A stretch of 64,000 nucleotides of DNA, taken from positions 19,329,503 through 19,393,502 of the forward strand of contig NC_057719.1 in the NCBI RefSeq assembly GCF_004010195.1, given 5' to 3'. Every line of letters starts with the position of its first letter. Within the stretch, counting starts at the first letter, position 1. The stretch is from Chiloscyllium plagiosum. Taxonomy: Eukaryota. The notes beneath the pieces are model-generated. The model did no database searches, was not told the origin of the DNA, and was given only the letters and a program-made list of their open reading frames with translations. Shown in pieces: positions 37,256 through 48,815 of this stretch. The translations under genes and the position numbers were made by a program.

Positions 37256-40200
37256 GCATTCCTCTTTGAAATTAGATATACTATTTTGGGCAAACCATTT
37301 TTTCCTGAGTTAATAATTTCACCAGGCTCTATCTTCGAACTTCTTAGAGCTTTTCCTTTATTTGTCCATGGAATATGGGCATCGCTGGCTAGGCTAGTCT
37401 TCTTTGTCCACCCTGAATTGCCTTGGACAAGATGGTGATGAGCTGTCTTCTTAAACTTGGGGTGTAGAGATATCTACAGTGGTGTTAAGAAGGGAGTTTG
37501 ACTCAGTATTAATGAAACAATGGACTGTAACTCCAAGTCAGGATGGTGCTCATAACAAACATAACTTAAAATAGCAAAGTAACAAATGTATTATAGAAGA
37601 AACACTGGACTCAGACACTGGTTGAGAAAAGAGTTAAGGCAAGTGACCAAAGCTGATTTGAGAGGGTGGTTTTCATGAACATCTTTGAAGGCAGGAACAG
37701 TTGAAATCAAGGGAAAGGGTGTTTCAGAAGGGTTGGTGGAGATATATTGTGATTCAGTTGGGATAGAGGAAGCTTGAACATTCTGGAAGTGGGTATGGCA
37801 AAGCCAGGAGTTTTACAGCTGTAGACAAGGGGTTTAAAGGGAATGTTTTGCAGAATAGTGATATCAATGGAGGGCAGTGAAAAGAGAGGTGATATTTGAG
37901 TGAGATCTATGTGAAAGAGGATTTGTTCAATGTCACATGACAAAGTAACAGGGATCTTTCTGAAAAAGAAAAGAACATGCATTGTAATAAGTTTCTGAAA
38001 ATCCTGGCAGGAATATGTCCTGAGTTATACTGTCAAAGCAGCAATTTGGAAGTAATTCAATAGATCATGGTGAAGAACCAGAGTGTTTTGCCAAATGGAT
38101 AAAATATGATAGCCCAAATGGTCGTCCTCATCCATATTTATATTATGATTATATAAATTGAGAACATTCATTCTAAGTGTTGGTTAAACAGCAAGCTGGA
38201 CTTTTCCTCAGTAAAGTAGCAACTGTGTCTGGAAATAAAGCTGTCTTCCAGAGTCTAATTTAACTTCAGGCTCATAAATACTTGCGTTTTATTCATTCAG
38301 AGTTGTTTCATTGCTGGATGTTCCTCAATGAACCACAAGTTGTGTCATTCTAATCTTTCAATATTACTTCAAATAATCTGAGTTTTCTTTTGACATTAGC
38401 TGCCAGTTTCAAACAATATTAGCTTGCTTTGTCAATATTTGCAGATGTTTCCTTATGTCTTGCATTGAACCAGTGTGAAAATAAATAATACAGAACAAAG
38501 CACTTTGAAAATTAAGAATGGCCACAAAATTTCTGTAAGTTATTAATTAATGGCACCCATCTTTAACTAAACTTGACCTTGCCCTCCATTTAGCTTAAAG
38601 CTGCAAGTGTGAGATGGAAACATTGCAGGCCCCTTGACAGGACATCAGGAATTTAAGTTTATTGGGCAAGCACACCTGAAGTATTTCCTTAACTAGTCAT
38701 ATTGTGGTTTTGTAGGAAAGGGGAATTTGTTGTCAAATAAGATGCAGAAATAAATTGATGAGAGGGAAAGACAGACAAGATTTAAAAGAGAAAACAAAAG
38801 GGACAGAAAGTAGTTCGCAACTAATTTTCAGAGTTTGATCAGTAGTAGTGAACATTTACATTTTGGGAAACAGGCACTGAGACTTGAGAAAAACGACTTT
38901 AACTTTCTGCGGCAAGTTTCCTTTGTGCTTACTGTGCAATTACAGGAACTTTGCAGCATTCATTGCATTTGAGACAGTGGGCAGGTTGCATTTTCGCCAA
39001 GCTAATGGGGAAGTGTTTCTTTGCCAACAACAAACTCTTCACTTCCAGGTTTAATCATGCATCTGTTTTCTTCTGAAGTTGTTGAGACATTTGCATTTAA
39101 ATAATGCTGCCAGCTATTCATTCTACCATTATTTTGACAGCAATGTTTGGGCCGTTGATTCAGAAGTGTAGTTTCAACAGGATTGCCAACAATCAATTTG
39201 CATTATTTGCTTTTTAATAAACCCCAAAATCTGTCAAAGGAATGATTTTGCTTACTTATATTTCTCCTTAATGATTGAAATATTTAGCTGCATTTTTCTT
39301 CATGAAATTCTGCAGTATTTATTCGATACACTTGTATTCATAAACTGTTTATCTCGTCCTACATGCTTGTGTGTTTCAGCACTGATTCGCTCCAAGTCTA
39401 ACTAGGATCAAAATCAACAGAAAGACAAGAAAAATGAAGCACAATCAAATGTCAATATGTTCATTCTTTAAATTTTTGAACTAATTTGTTTCATTTCCTT
39501 TATGAATAATTGGACACATACTGATATTCCAATGCCAGTTCTGTGGATTGTACATACTAGTTTGATCTGCCCATTCACTACAGCCTGATTGATTAATCAC
39601 ACAACCTGCTTGTTTGCAAAAATAAAGCCTCTGGTTCTGACCTCATGCAATTAAACAGTAAGTACTGTAATTTTGGTGATATCGCCACTGCCAAAAAGTA
39701 ACACATCAACGATATATTGGAAGACCCCCTGCTGCTATTCGACATTCATGTAGAATCTCTGACAGTATCCGCTCCCCAGCTAAAAATATTCATTGATAAG
39801 GTAAAAACGACCATGTAATCTGACAATACATAAGGTGGAAGGGAGACAGATTAAAGACCCAGTACTGATTTTTTTTTAACATTAAATTGCAAGGCTTGCA
39901 CATGGAAACACAAAATAAGAGCAGCCCTCTTCCGTGCGGGTGCCATTTCCCTGTGAAGATTTTGATTAAATAATACATGCCTCATATAAAAGCGTCAAAG
40001 GCCAACCTTGTACTATGTGATTAGGAGAGATAAGCAGACATTCTTAAAGCTGTGATTATTGTAATTAGCTCGCAGTGTCAATTGAGTTCAAACGATGACA
40101 CTTGTAAAGTGTTACCAAGGCATTTATTATCCTTATAAACAGTTATGCCTCCTGCTTCTAATGCAAGAGCCAGACAAGGTTTCTTGTATTATTAAAGAAT

Positions 40201-40852
40201 CCTTTTTTAAAGCAAGGATATATTTATTTCATATCATTTTTTTCTCATAATGTTTCTTCAGTCTTAATAGGGCCTGAAAGGACTCGCCCCAATCTGTTTG
40301 CATGATTGATATTAACCTTAATATCTCGCCTACATGTGTGAAATTTAGAAAGCTCTTAACAACAATAAGAATGCATTAAAGGTAAAAGTCTGATAAAAGT
40401 CAAAAAGTAATGAAAAATATCAGTACAGTTTGTTGCACTTGAGGACAGCTAGAAGATGAAAAATAGTTGCATTTGTTTAGCAGACTAATTCGTTGGCTGT
40501 TGCAGACAAATCATTGTCATTTGGTGGAGCTAAAAGAAGATAGAAATGACTTGTGCTGAATGGTCAGTTGCATGTCCAGCATTTTGACAGTAAGAATGTG
40601 ATCTATGACAAAGATTGCTCTGGATCCTAAGTTCAGATTCCCAGTTGCAATATATATACGAATGTGTTGAACAAGAATAGTTCCTACCAACATGTAATTT
40701 GCTCCCTTTAGACTATCAGGTATATAGTAACTTGAATTTTTAAGTTTTTGTTTGCATTTACTCTGTTTCAAGAGAAGAAAAATATCTCTTTCCTCTGGTT
40801 GACAGCTGTGTAAGTCATCGTGAAGGAAATAAAGAAAAAAAAGAGGACACAA

Positions 40853-42080
40853 TCACCTTGACTATGTATCCTCACATCCTGCTTCCTGTAAAAACCTGAT
40901 TCCATTTTCCCAGTTCCTCCATCGCTGTTGCATCTGTCCTGATGATGCTAACTTCAACGACGGAGCTTCCGAAATGTCCACCTTCTTCCTCAATTGAGGA
41001 TTCCCCAGCACTATAGTTGACAGCTGGGTCTGACCCATTTCCCACACTTCAACCCTCACCCTCTCTTTTCCTCCCCATAATAATGAAAGAGTTGCACCAT
41101 CCCACCTGCATCCAGATCCAGAGGATCATTAGCCACTATCACCATCACTTCCAGTGGGATACCACCAGCAGACACATATTCTACCCCTTCCCTTGTCAGC
41201 TTTTCTTTGGAACCATTCCTTTCAGGACACCCTGGACTACTTATCCTTCATTGCCAACATCCCCCACAACACCTTCCTCTGATCAGTTTGGTGTCAACTA
41301 CACAGGGTTCAATTTCTCTTCTCAATGCAGCTACCAAGTTCACTTCCTCCCTCCTCAGTATCCCAGGGCTCAAAATTACCTTCCAGGTGATGTAGCACTT
41401 TATCCGCACTTGTCACAATCTAGTCTACTGCATTCGCTGCTCACAATGTGGTCTCCTCTGCATTGTGGAAATGAAACATAGACTGAGTGATTGCTTTGCA
41501 GAACATCCAAGTTCTGTCTCAAAAAATGGCCCTGAGCTTACAGATCCTTGCCACTTCGATACACCATTGTGTTCCCTGGCCAACATCTCTGTCTCAGGCT
41601 TGCTGCAGTGCTTCAGTGAAGCTTGCTATAAGCTGGAAGAACAGCACCTCTCTTTCCTCTCTGAACTCTACAGCCTTCTGGACTCAATAGCAAATTCAAC
41701 AATTTTAGGGCTTGAGGCACTGTCTCCCACGCCCTTACCCAACACACACACACGTCACTAGGCATTGTTATCATATGGTCTGCTATTACACACAATCCCA
41801 TTATTCGCCATAAGTAGTCCCTATTAATAGTTATTCATTGTCCTAGGCTGACCATAGTCCACTCCTTTTTCTGTCCAACTGTTCCTCTATCACTTTGGGC
41901 TTTATCATTCACTTCTTCCCCCCCTCACCACCACCTATCTTCTGCACAAAAAAAACTAACATTTCCCTTGCTACCATCAGTACTGAGGAAGGGTCACTGG
42001 ACCTGAAACGTTAACTCTGATTCCTGTCCACAGTTACTATCAGACCCACTGAACTTTTCCAGCAACTTCTATTTCTGTTT
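40853..42080 (+). mobile_element. Penelope-like (Neptune-type, family B): RT thumb, GIY-YIG and terminal repeat
   Basis: LDYVSSHPASCKNLIPFSQFL; LVYCIRCSQCGLLC..; KLEEQHL.F. Confidence 0.9.
41979..42016 (+). ncRNA. Minimal type I hammerhead ribozyme motif (PLE family B)
   Basis: agta-CTGAGGA-a-gggtc-actg-gacct-GAAAC-GTT-aact; core intact, one mismatch closing stem I. Confidence 0.7.
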
Positions 42081-42270
42081 GTTAAAAAAGAGAAATTTCT
42101 TTATACAGAATTGTTTGAACATGTTACAAAGAACATGTGACTGGGATTCCCTTGCAACTTTCGAATAAAGCAGAAAATACAGAGCTCATACAAGAGAGCA
42201 TGGTTTTGTGATTAGTTTAAAATTCAATAGCAAAGTAGTGCAGGAAGGTAGTATCCCTAGTTATGATGAG

Positions 42271-42580
42271 ATTAGATTACCTACAGTGTGGAAACAGGCC
42301 CTTTGGCCCAACAAGTCCACACCGACCCTCCGAAGAGAAACCCACCCCCTATATTTACCCCTGACTAATCCACCTAACACTACGGGCAATTTAACGTGGC
42401 CAATTCACCTAACCTGCAGATCTTAGGACTGTGGGAGGAAACCGGAGCACCCGGAAAAAAACACACAGACACGGGGAGAATGTGCAAACTCCACACAGAC
42501 AGTTGCCCGAGGCGGGAATTGAACCCGGGTCCCTGGTGCTGTGAGACAGCAGTGTTAACTACTGAGCCACCATGCCGCCC
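42271..42580 (-). mobile_element. HE1 / V-SINE, full length
   Basis: Reverse complement homologous to 7048-7346. Confidence 0.9.
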
Positions 42581-42789
42581 TGACTTTGGATCCATGTTGC
42601 ACTGAGGAACCTGATGGCCAAGGAAGATACATTCATAATGTGGACAAACCATCGAGTATAAACTTGTAAATCTTTTCCACATGTGCTAATAGCATAATTA
42701 AGAGTGGCAGGGATTTGTGGTCAACTATATGACAGAAAGAAAGGTGGGGCCTCTAGCATCACTATTCATTGCTACACGCTACCTCTTGC

Positions 42790-42875
42790 ACTGCTCAGAA
42801 TGTGGTCTCCTCTACATTGGGGAAACGAAACAAAGACGAGGTGATTGCTTTGCAGAACACCTGTGTTCTATTCCA
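42790..42875 (+). mobile_element. Short PLE GIY-YIG fragment
   Basis: HCSECGLLYIGETKQRRGDCFAEH in ORF 42717..42926. Confidence 0.8.
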
Positions 42876-43159
42876 AAAAAGGTATATTGCCACAGCAACT
42901 TCGATTCCTTGAGTGGCCAGTGTTGATCAGTTTGGTGTCAACTACACAGGGTTCAATTTCTCTTCTGGGGTAGGTTTCAGACTCAATGCAGCTACCAAGG
43001 TCCCCTTCATTATGGGGTCCCCAGCAGCCTGACATGGGACATTAATTTCATAGAAGTTGCCGTTCCAGTATATATTTTTGTGGTGGCCAGTAAGACATCT
43101 CCTTCATTCAAGACTAAAACATTGCCTTTAGAGGGAGGCAATGGAGGCTTAAGTTAGGA

Positions 43160-44620
43160 AGAGAGAAACACAGGAAATGAAAGCAGAGTAGGTTGTTCAG
43201 ACCATTAAGCCCCCACTGCCAATCAACAGAATCACAGCTAATCCTCCATCTCAATGCCATACATCACCTTTCTTCCCAGAAAGGTATCTATTTCTTAAAT
43301 ACCTTCAGTGATTCAGCATCTACAGCCCTTCTGTGGGAGGGGATTTTATGTATTCACCACTGTCAAAGTGAAGCAATTTCTCCTCATATCAGATCAAAAT
43401 GGCTTACTGCACACCCTGAGATTATGACTCTTTGTTCTGGATTCCACCCCAGTCAGGGGAAACATCATTCCTGCATCAAATTCATAAAGCCAGAATTTTA
43501 TGTTTCAATAAAAACCCCTCTAATTCTTCTAAGATCCAGTGACCTGATTTCTCCTCTAATGATAAATCTGCCATCCCTGGAAACAGTCTGGTGAGCCTTT
43601 GCTGTATTCCCTGTATGGAAGTGCATCTTCTCTTAGTTAGGGATTCGAAACTGCACACAATACTACACGTGTGGTCTCAACTTGGACAGTACAGTTCCTG
43701 TGTGACTGTTCTCAAACCCTCTTGTAATGAAGAACAACGCTTCACTTGTTTTCTGAATTTTTTGCAGCACATATATGCCTGCTTTCAGTGACAGGTGTAC
43801 AAGGACACCCAGTTCCCTTTTTATGTCAATACTTCCCAATCTATTACCATTTAAGTAACACAGCTGTCATTCTTCCGATAGAAGTAGCTAACTTCTTCCA
43901 AATCATGCTAGAGAGAGAGGGAGGTAGTGAAGAGAGAGAGATGGCTGGTGGTGATTTAACCTGAGAGTCACACTGCCTCAGCTGAGGGGAGAGATTGACT
44001 TCTCCATGGTAACCTCAACCACTGCTAGAACTGAGCACATGTTGTTGACGTCACTCTGTGTTGTGAGCCAACTGTCCAGCTAACTGAGCTAACTAACTGA
44101 GGAGCAGGAGAGTCCGTGTTTCGAGCATAAACGCTTCATCAGGAATGAAGGTCTATGACCTATCCTAAGAAAGTAACTCAGGTGAAGAGCGCTCCTGATG
44201 AAGAGCTTATACTCAAAAAGTCGACTCTCCTGCTCTTCAGGTGCTGCCTGACCGGTTGGGCTTTTACAGCACCACATTTTTTGATTCTGATCTCCAGCAT
44301 CTGCAGTCCTCACTTTCTCCCTGAGCTAACTAACTCCCTATATTACATATTACAAATATTTGTCCACTCATTCAAATTACTATCTTGACACTTCTTTACT
44401 TCCTCCTCACCTCTTAACATACACAATTCCACTTAGTTTTGTGTAATCAGCAAACTTGAAAATAATACATTTGATTTCCATATGCAAACCATTGATCCAT
44501 ATTGAGAATAGCTGGTGTCTAAGCGCTGATCACTGCAATATCTCAGTTGTCACCACCTTCCACTCTATGAAAAACCCATTTATTCCTACCTTCTGTTTCC
44601 TCTCTGCTCAGCAACTCTCA
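43160..44620 (-). mobile_element. CR1 fragment containing a tRNA-SINE (43905-44098, -) and a mini-PLE
   Basis: CR1 3' similarity either side; the SINE matches 51687-51890 and 23130-23250. Confidence 0.75.
44099..44320. mobile_element. Fold-back mini-PLE family A with perfect 15-bp TSD
   Basis: TSD ctgagctaactaact at 44084-44098 and 44321-44335; two opposed CTGATGA hammerhead remnants. Confidence 0.88.
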
Positions 44621-46522
44621 TGTTCCATTCCTGAGAGTGCAGCAGAAGGCCTCAGAATTGGACTGAGACTCTGGAGTCTATTAGGTGCTGTGTCAGCAGG
44701 AATCTATCTGTTACAAACATGGCCCATGATATTAGCTGGACTTAGGTTGAAGGAGAAAATTGCAAGGTTGGAAACTTCCTTACCCACCTTGCCTCAATAA
44801 TTCTGAGGGGCAGTTCCGGTGGGGTATAATAAAACTTACTGACCTGCTCAGCAACCTAGGTGGAGTCCCAACATGGAACCTCGACCTGGTTACTGGAGGC
44901 AAGGATCTAGTAGCTGGAAGAGATATGGCATCAGGAATGAAGGTCTGTGAGCCATTCTAAGAAAATAATGCAGGTGAAGAGCATTGGACACCCCAGTGCC
45001 ATCTCACCAAATCTCCTTAGTCTCATGGGCTCCCAAGATTATCATTGTGTTGCGAGTTCTCGCCAGGTTCATGCTAATGAGGAACCTTCCCTATGATCCA
45101 ATAGATCCTGTTGGAGAGTCTTGGCATTTAGGGGAAAAGCCCATCAATTTGTGGGCTCTGTGAGTTGGAACTGCTTCTGGGTTCAGAACTTGCAACTCAT
45201 TGAGTAGGAGACACTCCTTGGAATTTCATCAAGAACACCCCTTTATTTGGCATGGAGATAGGTTCTCTGTGCAGTTAAGTGCAGCACATAGGCACTCGCA
45301 GTTGGAGGCTAATCAGAGACGTCTTCAGTTTTCAGGAAGGGACTGACTATAACTAATGGTAACTGTAAAGGTGCTTTATCTTGGAGGTCTCCCCTCCACA
45401 ATCTCCTTAAATTGTCTCTGAAAGTGAAGCAAATTGAGCTAGGTCACGATTGTGTTCCATTTCGTTGTCTACATTTGTCTTTGAGATATTATGTTAAAAG
45501 TATCCTTGCAAAAGAAGCATACTTAACCATGATGCTACTGTTATTGTTGCCCTGATCTGATTCTGTCCACCTCATTGCTCCTTTAACCCTGTCCAACAAT
45601 CTCCTCATCCCACCCCACTACCACCACCACTTTTCTCTGGATTTGGAAAAACGCTGAAATGTTAACATTAATACAACTGTCTATGTACCTGTTTCACAAC
45701 TGCTGAACACCCCAACTTGCACATGTCTGAATTAGAGATGATCCCCCTTCAGATTTTTCACAGGTGTAACTCTATGTTTAAGTTCAAATGTAAGGTCTCT
45801 CAGGCGACGTTTACTTATATCTAAGTTTGCAGCACTGTGTTTTCCTGTTTGTATAATTAGCACGCTTACAGTGCTCCGCGAGTGATGATCACATGCAGCA
45901 GATGTGCTCAATTAAGACTTTATGAGAATTTGTTTAACAAATAAGTCAAATAACGAGCGAAAGGGAATGAAACATTGTTTTCCATCAGCTGGAATATGGC
46001 ACATTATTACTTTAATGGAAGCCTTCTGAGAGTTTTTCTTTTCTTACTTGCCAAAAGTTGTGAACAGCTTCTGTCTGAATTTGGAATAAGCTCCTCAGGC
46101 TAGGCACTACAAAAGTAAATCTGCCCTGGAATGTCTGCTGCTTCTTAGTTGATCCTACCACTCACAGTCAACGAAAAGCCAGATGGAACTATTGTTCTGA
46201 CCTGCAGACTCACTAGATTGAGTTCTGAATGGACTTAACCTTTTTTTACTTAATAGCAATTAAAAGTAATTAAACATTTAATCTCTAAAATACAAAATTT
46301 AACCTCAGCAGCAGAATAGTACATTTTTCTTAAACTCTGTGTAAATGGGTGGATGATTTAAAATTTCACTCAGCGTGTTACACATTGGAAGCTTCTATTT
46401 TTTTTAGAGAGCATATCATCACAGTTAGGAGAAAGTGAGGTCTGCAGATGCTGGAGATCAGAGCTGAAAATGTGTTGCTGGAAAAGCGCAGCAGGTCAGG
46501 CAGCATCCAAGAAACAGGAGAA

Positions 46523-46554
46523 TCGACGTTTCGGGCATAAGCCCTTCTTCAGGA
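46523..46554 (-). ncRNA. Minimal type I hammerhead ribozyme motif, intact core
   Basis: tc-CTGAAGA-a-gggc-ttat-gccc-GAAAC-GTC-ga. Confidence 0.75.
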
Positions 46555-46560
46555 ATGGCT

Positions 46561-46592
46561 TCCTGAAGACGGGCTTATGCCCGAAACGTCGA
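46561..46592 (+). ncRNA. Minimal type I hammerhead ribozyme motif, intact core
   Basis: tc-CTGAAGA-c-gggc-ttat-gccc-GAAAC-GTC-ga. Confidence 0.75.
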
Positions 46593-47426
46593 TTCTCCTG
46601 TTCCCTGGATGCTGCCTGACCTGCTACGCTTTTCCAGCAACACATTTTCAGCTATCATCACGGTTACACAATATATTACCAGTACAGAACCAATATTATT
46701 TTCTTGAATTTGTAAGTTATTTATGCTTTGCTTTAGATATCATACCATTGCATATTCAAATTTTGGTCTCATCAAATAAAATGTATGAAAAGATAGTTAA
46801 TGATTTCCAACCTACAGAAAAAAAATTAAAGCATCAGCAAAAAATGATCTAATTGGTTCATTTATCTCTTGGAAAAAGAGTCAAGGTGACCTAAGATTAA
46901 AATTATGAATGATTTTCATAAAAAAAGATAGGGTGATTGCACTTATTGAAGAGTGAAACCAAAAGAATAGAATTGTTAGTAAGAAATTATGTAAAGAAAT
47001 CAGAAGACATTTCTATCCTCAGATAGTGATGAAAATGCAGATTTTGTTACAACACTGAGTGAAATTTGGAACTGACATGTGGTAACTAAGTATCTGTAGG
47101 TTATTATATATTAAAACCATCACATACTGTATTCAGCTTCTTGGTGGCAAGAACTTTAGAGTGACTAAGAAGACAAAAACAGGAAATATGTCTTGCCCTA
47201 ATTGCTACTGTTTTTCTTTCATAAGAAAGTCATTTTGAAATGAGTTAAGGTCTTTTGGTGAATCAAGTCCTCTGCTTCTACATTCTATGGAAAACTATCC
47301 TAGTGAACCAAAATCCGTGTACAGTTTATCTAAATTCTAAATGAGGTGAGAGGTGTTGCTGGAGATACTCTTGAATTACAATTAAATGCTCTTTAATGTG
47401 TTACACATCCAACTATTATAATGAAT

Positions 47427-47597
47427 TGGAGGTGCCGGTGGTGCACTGGGGTGGACAAAGTTAAAAATCACACTACACCACGTTATCATCCAACAGGTTT
47501 ATTTGGAAGCACTAGCTTTCAAAGAAGCAGCAGTGCTCCAAAAGCTAGTGCTTCCAAATAAACCTGTTGGACTATGATCTGGTGCTGTGTGATTTTT
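47427..47597. mobile_element. Fold-back mini-element, PLE-derived family D
   Basis: Perfect 31-bp inverted repeat 47489-47519 / 47541-47571 within ~60-bp arms; 16-bp TSD aactattataatgaat at 47411-47426 and 47598-47613. Confidence 0.85.
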
Positions 47598-47874
47598 AAC
47601 TATTATAATGAATCAGAGAGGCTTTAATTGGAAGCTTTAATAATCCTAGCTATTTATTGAATTAAAATCAGAAAGAGAATACTCATGTTTTAATGTCTTA
47701 TGATCATCACTGCAGTAATGCTAAACGTAAAGGGTCTTTTAGCTAATAATCAGGCAAACCAGACCAAATATATCACAGACAGCACTGAGTTGAATGACTT
47801 TTGGCTGTTATTTTGAGTCAAAGTAGCTCCCTGTTACTTGATTTTTAAATTGATCTGAATTAGACAACCAGCAA

Positions 47875-48004
47875 TAAAGACAGAAAGTGCTGGACAAACT
47901 CAATACTTTTAGCAGTATCTGTTATTGTTTTGAGTGCCGTGAGTTTCTCCAGCACTTTCTGTCTTAATTTCAGATCTCCAGCATCGGCTGTTCTTTGTTT
48001 TAGT
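47875..48004. mobile_element. Fold-back mini-PLE remnant
   Basis: Arms aagacagaaagtgctgga / tccagcactttctgtctt; TSD ttagacaa(c/t)cagcaa at 47860-47874 and 48005-48019. Confidence 0.8.
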
Positions 48005-48654
48005 TTAGACAATCAGCAACTCTGTTTAATATTTCATCTGAAGGATGGCACCTCTGACATAAGGTTGCAATAAATTCATTGTTGCACCTGCATTATGCAT
48101 TAGCAATCCTAATATAGGTCTCCAACTCCTGACTTTCTGTCTCTGAAGCAGGATTCTACTAACTGTGAAAAACTGAGATACTGTACTTACCACAAAGTTT
48201 TTTGTGCCATTCAGGAGCTCTGGATGTGATCAGTGTTTGTTCACGCAGAAGATTGCAATCAAGAACATTGGACTCCAATAAATACAAATTGAAAAAAATT
48301 TGCTTTGAATTGTGGAAATCTTAATCTGAAGCCAAGTAGTGATATTATTGCTGAAGTATGTAAGAAGTAGAGTGATTGATCTTTCCCTGCACTGAAGCAG
48401 TGAAACTGTTGCACTGCAAACCAGCAGCATTTGAGCCTTTTGAAGGAGCTGGAATTGACATCTTTGCATTGCAGGAGTGAGCTCCCAGCCTGATCTATGC
48501 ATTCCACTCCCGCCTGTCGTGCTCCACATTGAATGCATGGCTGTGGATGAGAATGGGAGTAGAATGTATTCTGCCTGGAACTGTGGAAGCAGCTAATAGT
48601 GATGGTGAGGTGTATTTTAATGAAACCTTTGTCATCAGTAGCCTCACCAATAGC

Positions 48655-48815
48655 AAGTCCAAAGATGTGCAGGTTTGGTGAATTGGCCGTGCTAAATTGC
48701 CCATAGTGTTAGGTGCATTTGTGAGAGGGAAATAGGACTGGGTGGGTTACTCTTCGGAGGGTCAGTGTGAACTTATTGGGCTGAAAGGCCTGTTTCCATG
48801 CTGTAGGGAATCTAA
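48655..48815 (+). mobile_element. 5'-truncated HE1 SINE
   Basis: Matches the 3' half of 7048-7346. Confidence 0.85.

Larger units (their letters stand above)
46428..46653. mobile_element. Young fold-back mini-PLE family A
   Basis: 94-bp inverted arms 46462-46555 / 46560-46653 (4 mismatches), 4-nt loop; TSD tatcatcac(a/g)gtta at 46414-46427 and 46653-46666. Confidence 0.93.

Noticed and set aside
8645..46592. Selection against active hammerheads on the transcribed strand
   Set aside because: Sense copies are mutated or hairpin-locked, but most antisense copies are also decayed, mainly at CpGs; too few copies to claim a bias.
47805..47935. Fourth local-capture event (ctgttattttgagt vs ctgttattgttttgagt)
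   Set aside because: Match is short, gapped and AT-rich; could be chance.
48215..48323. Candidate exon after tttgtgccattcag
   Set aside because: No LRR similarity, stop in frame, and exons F and G already join in phase.
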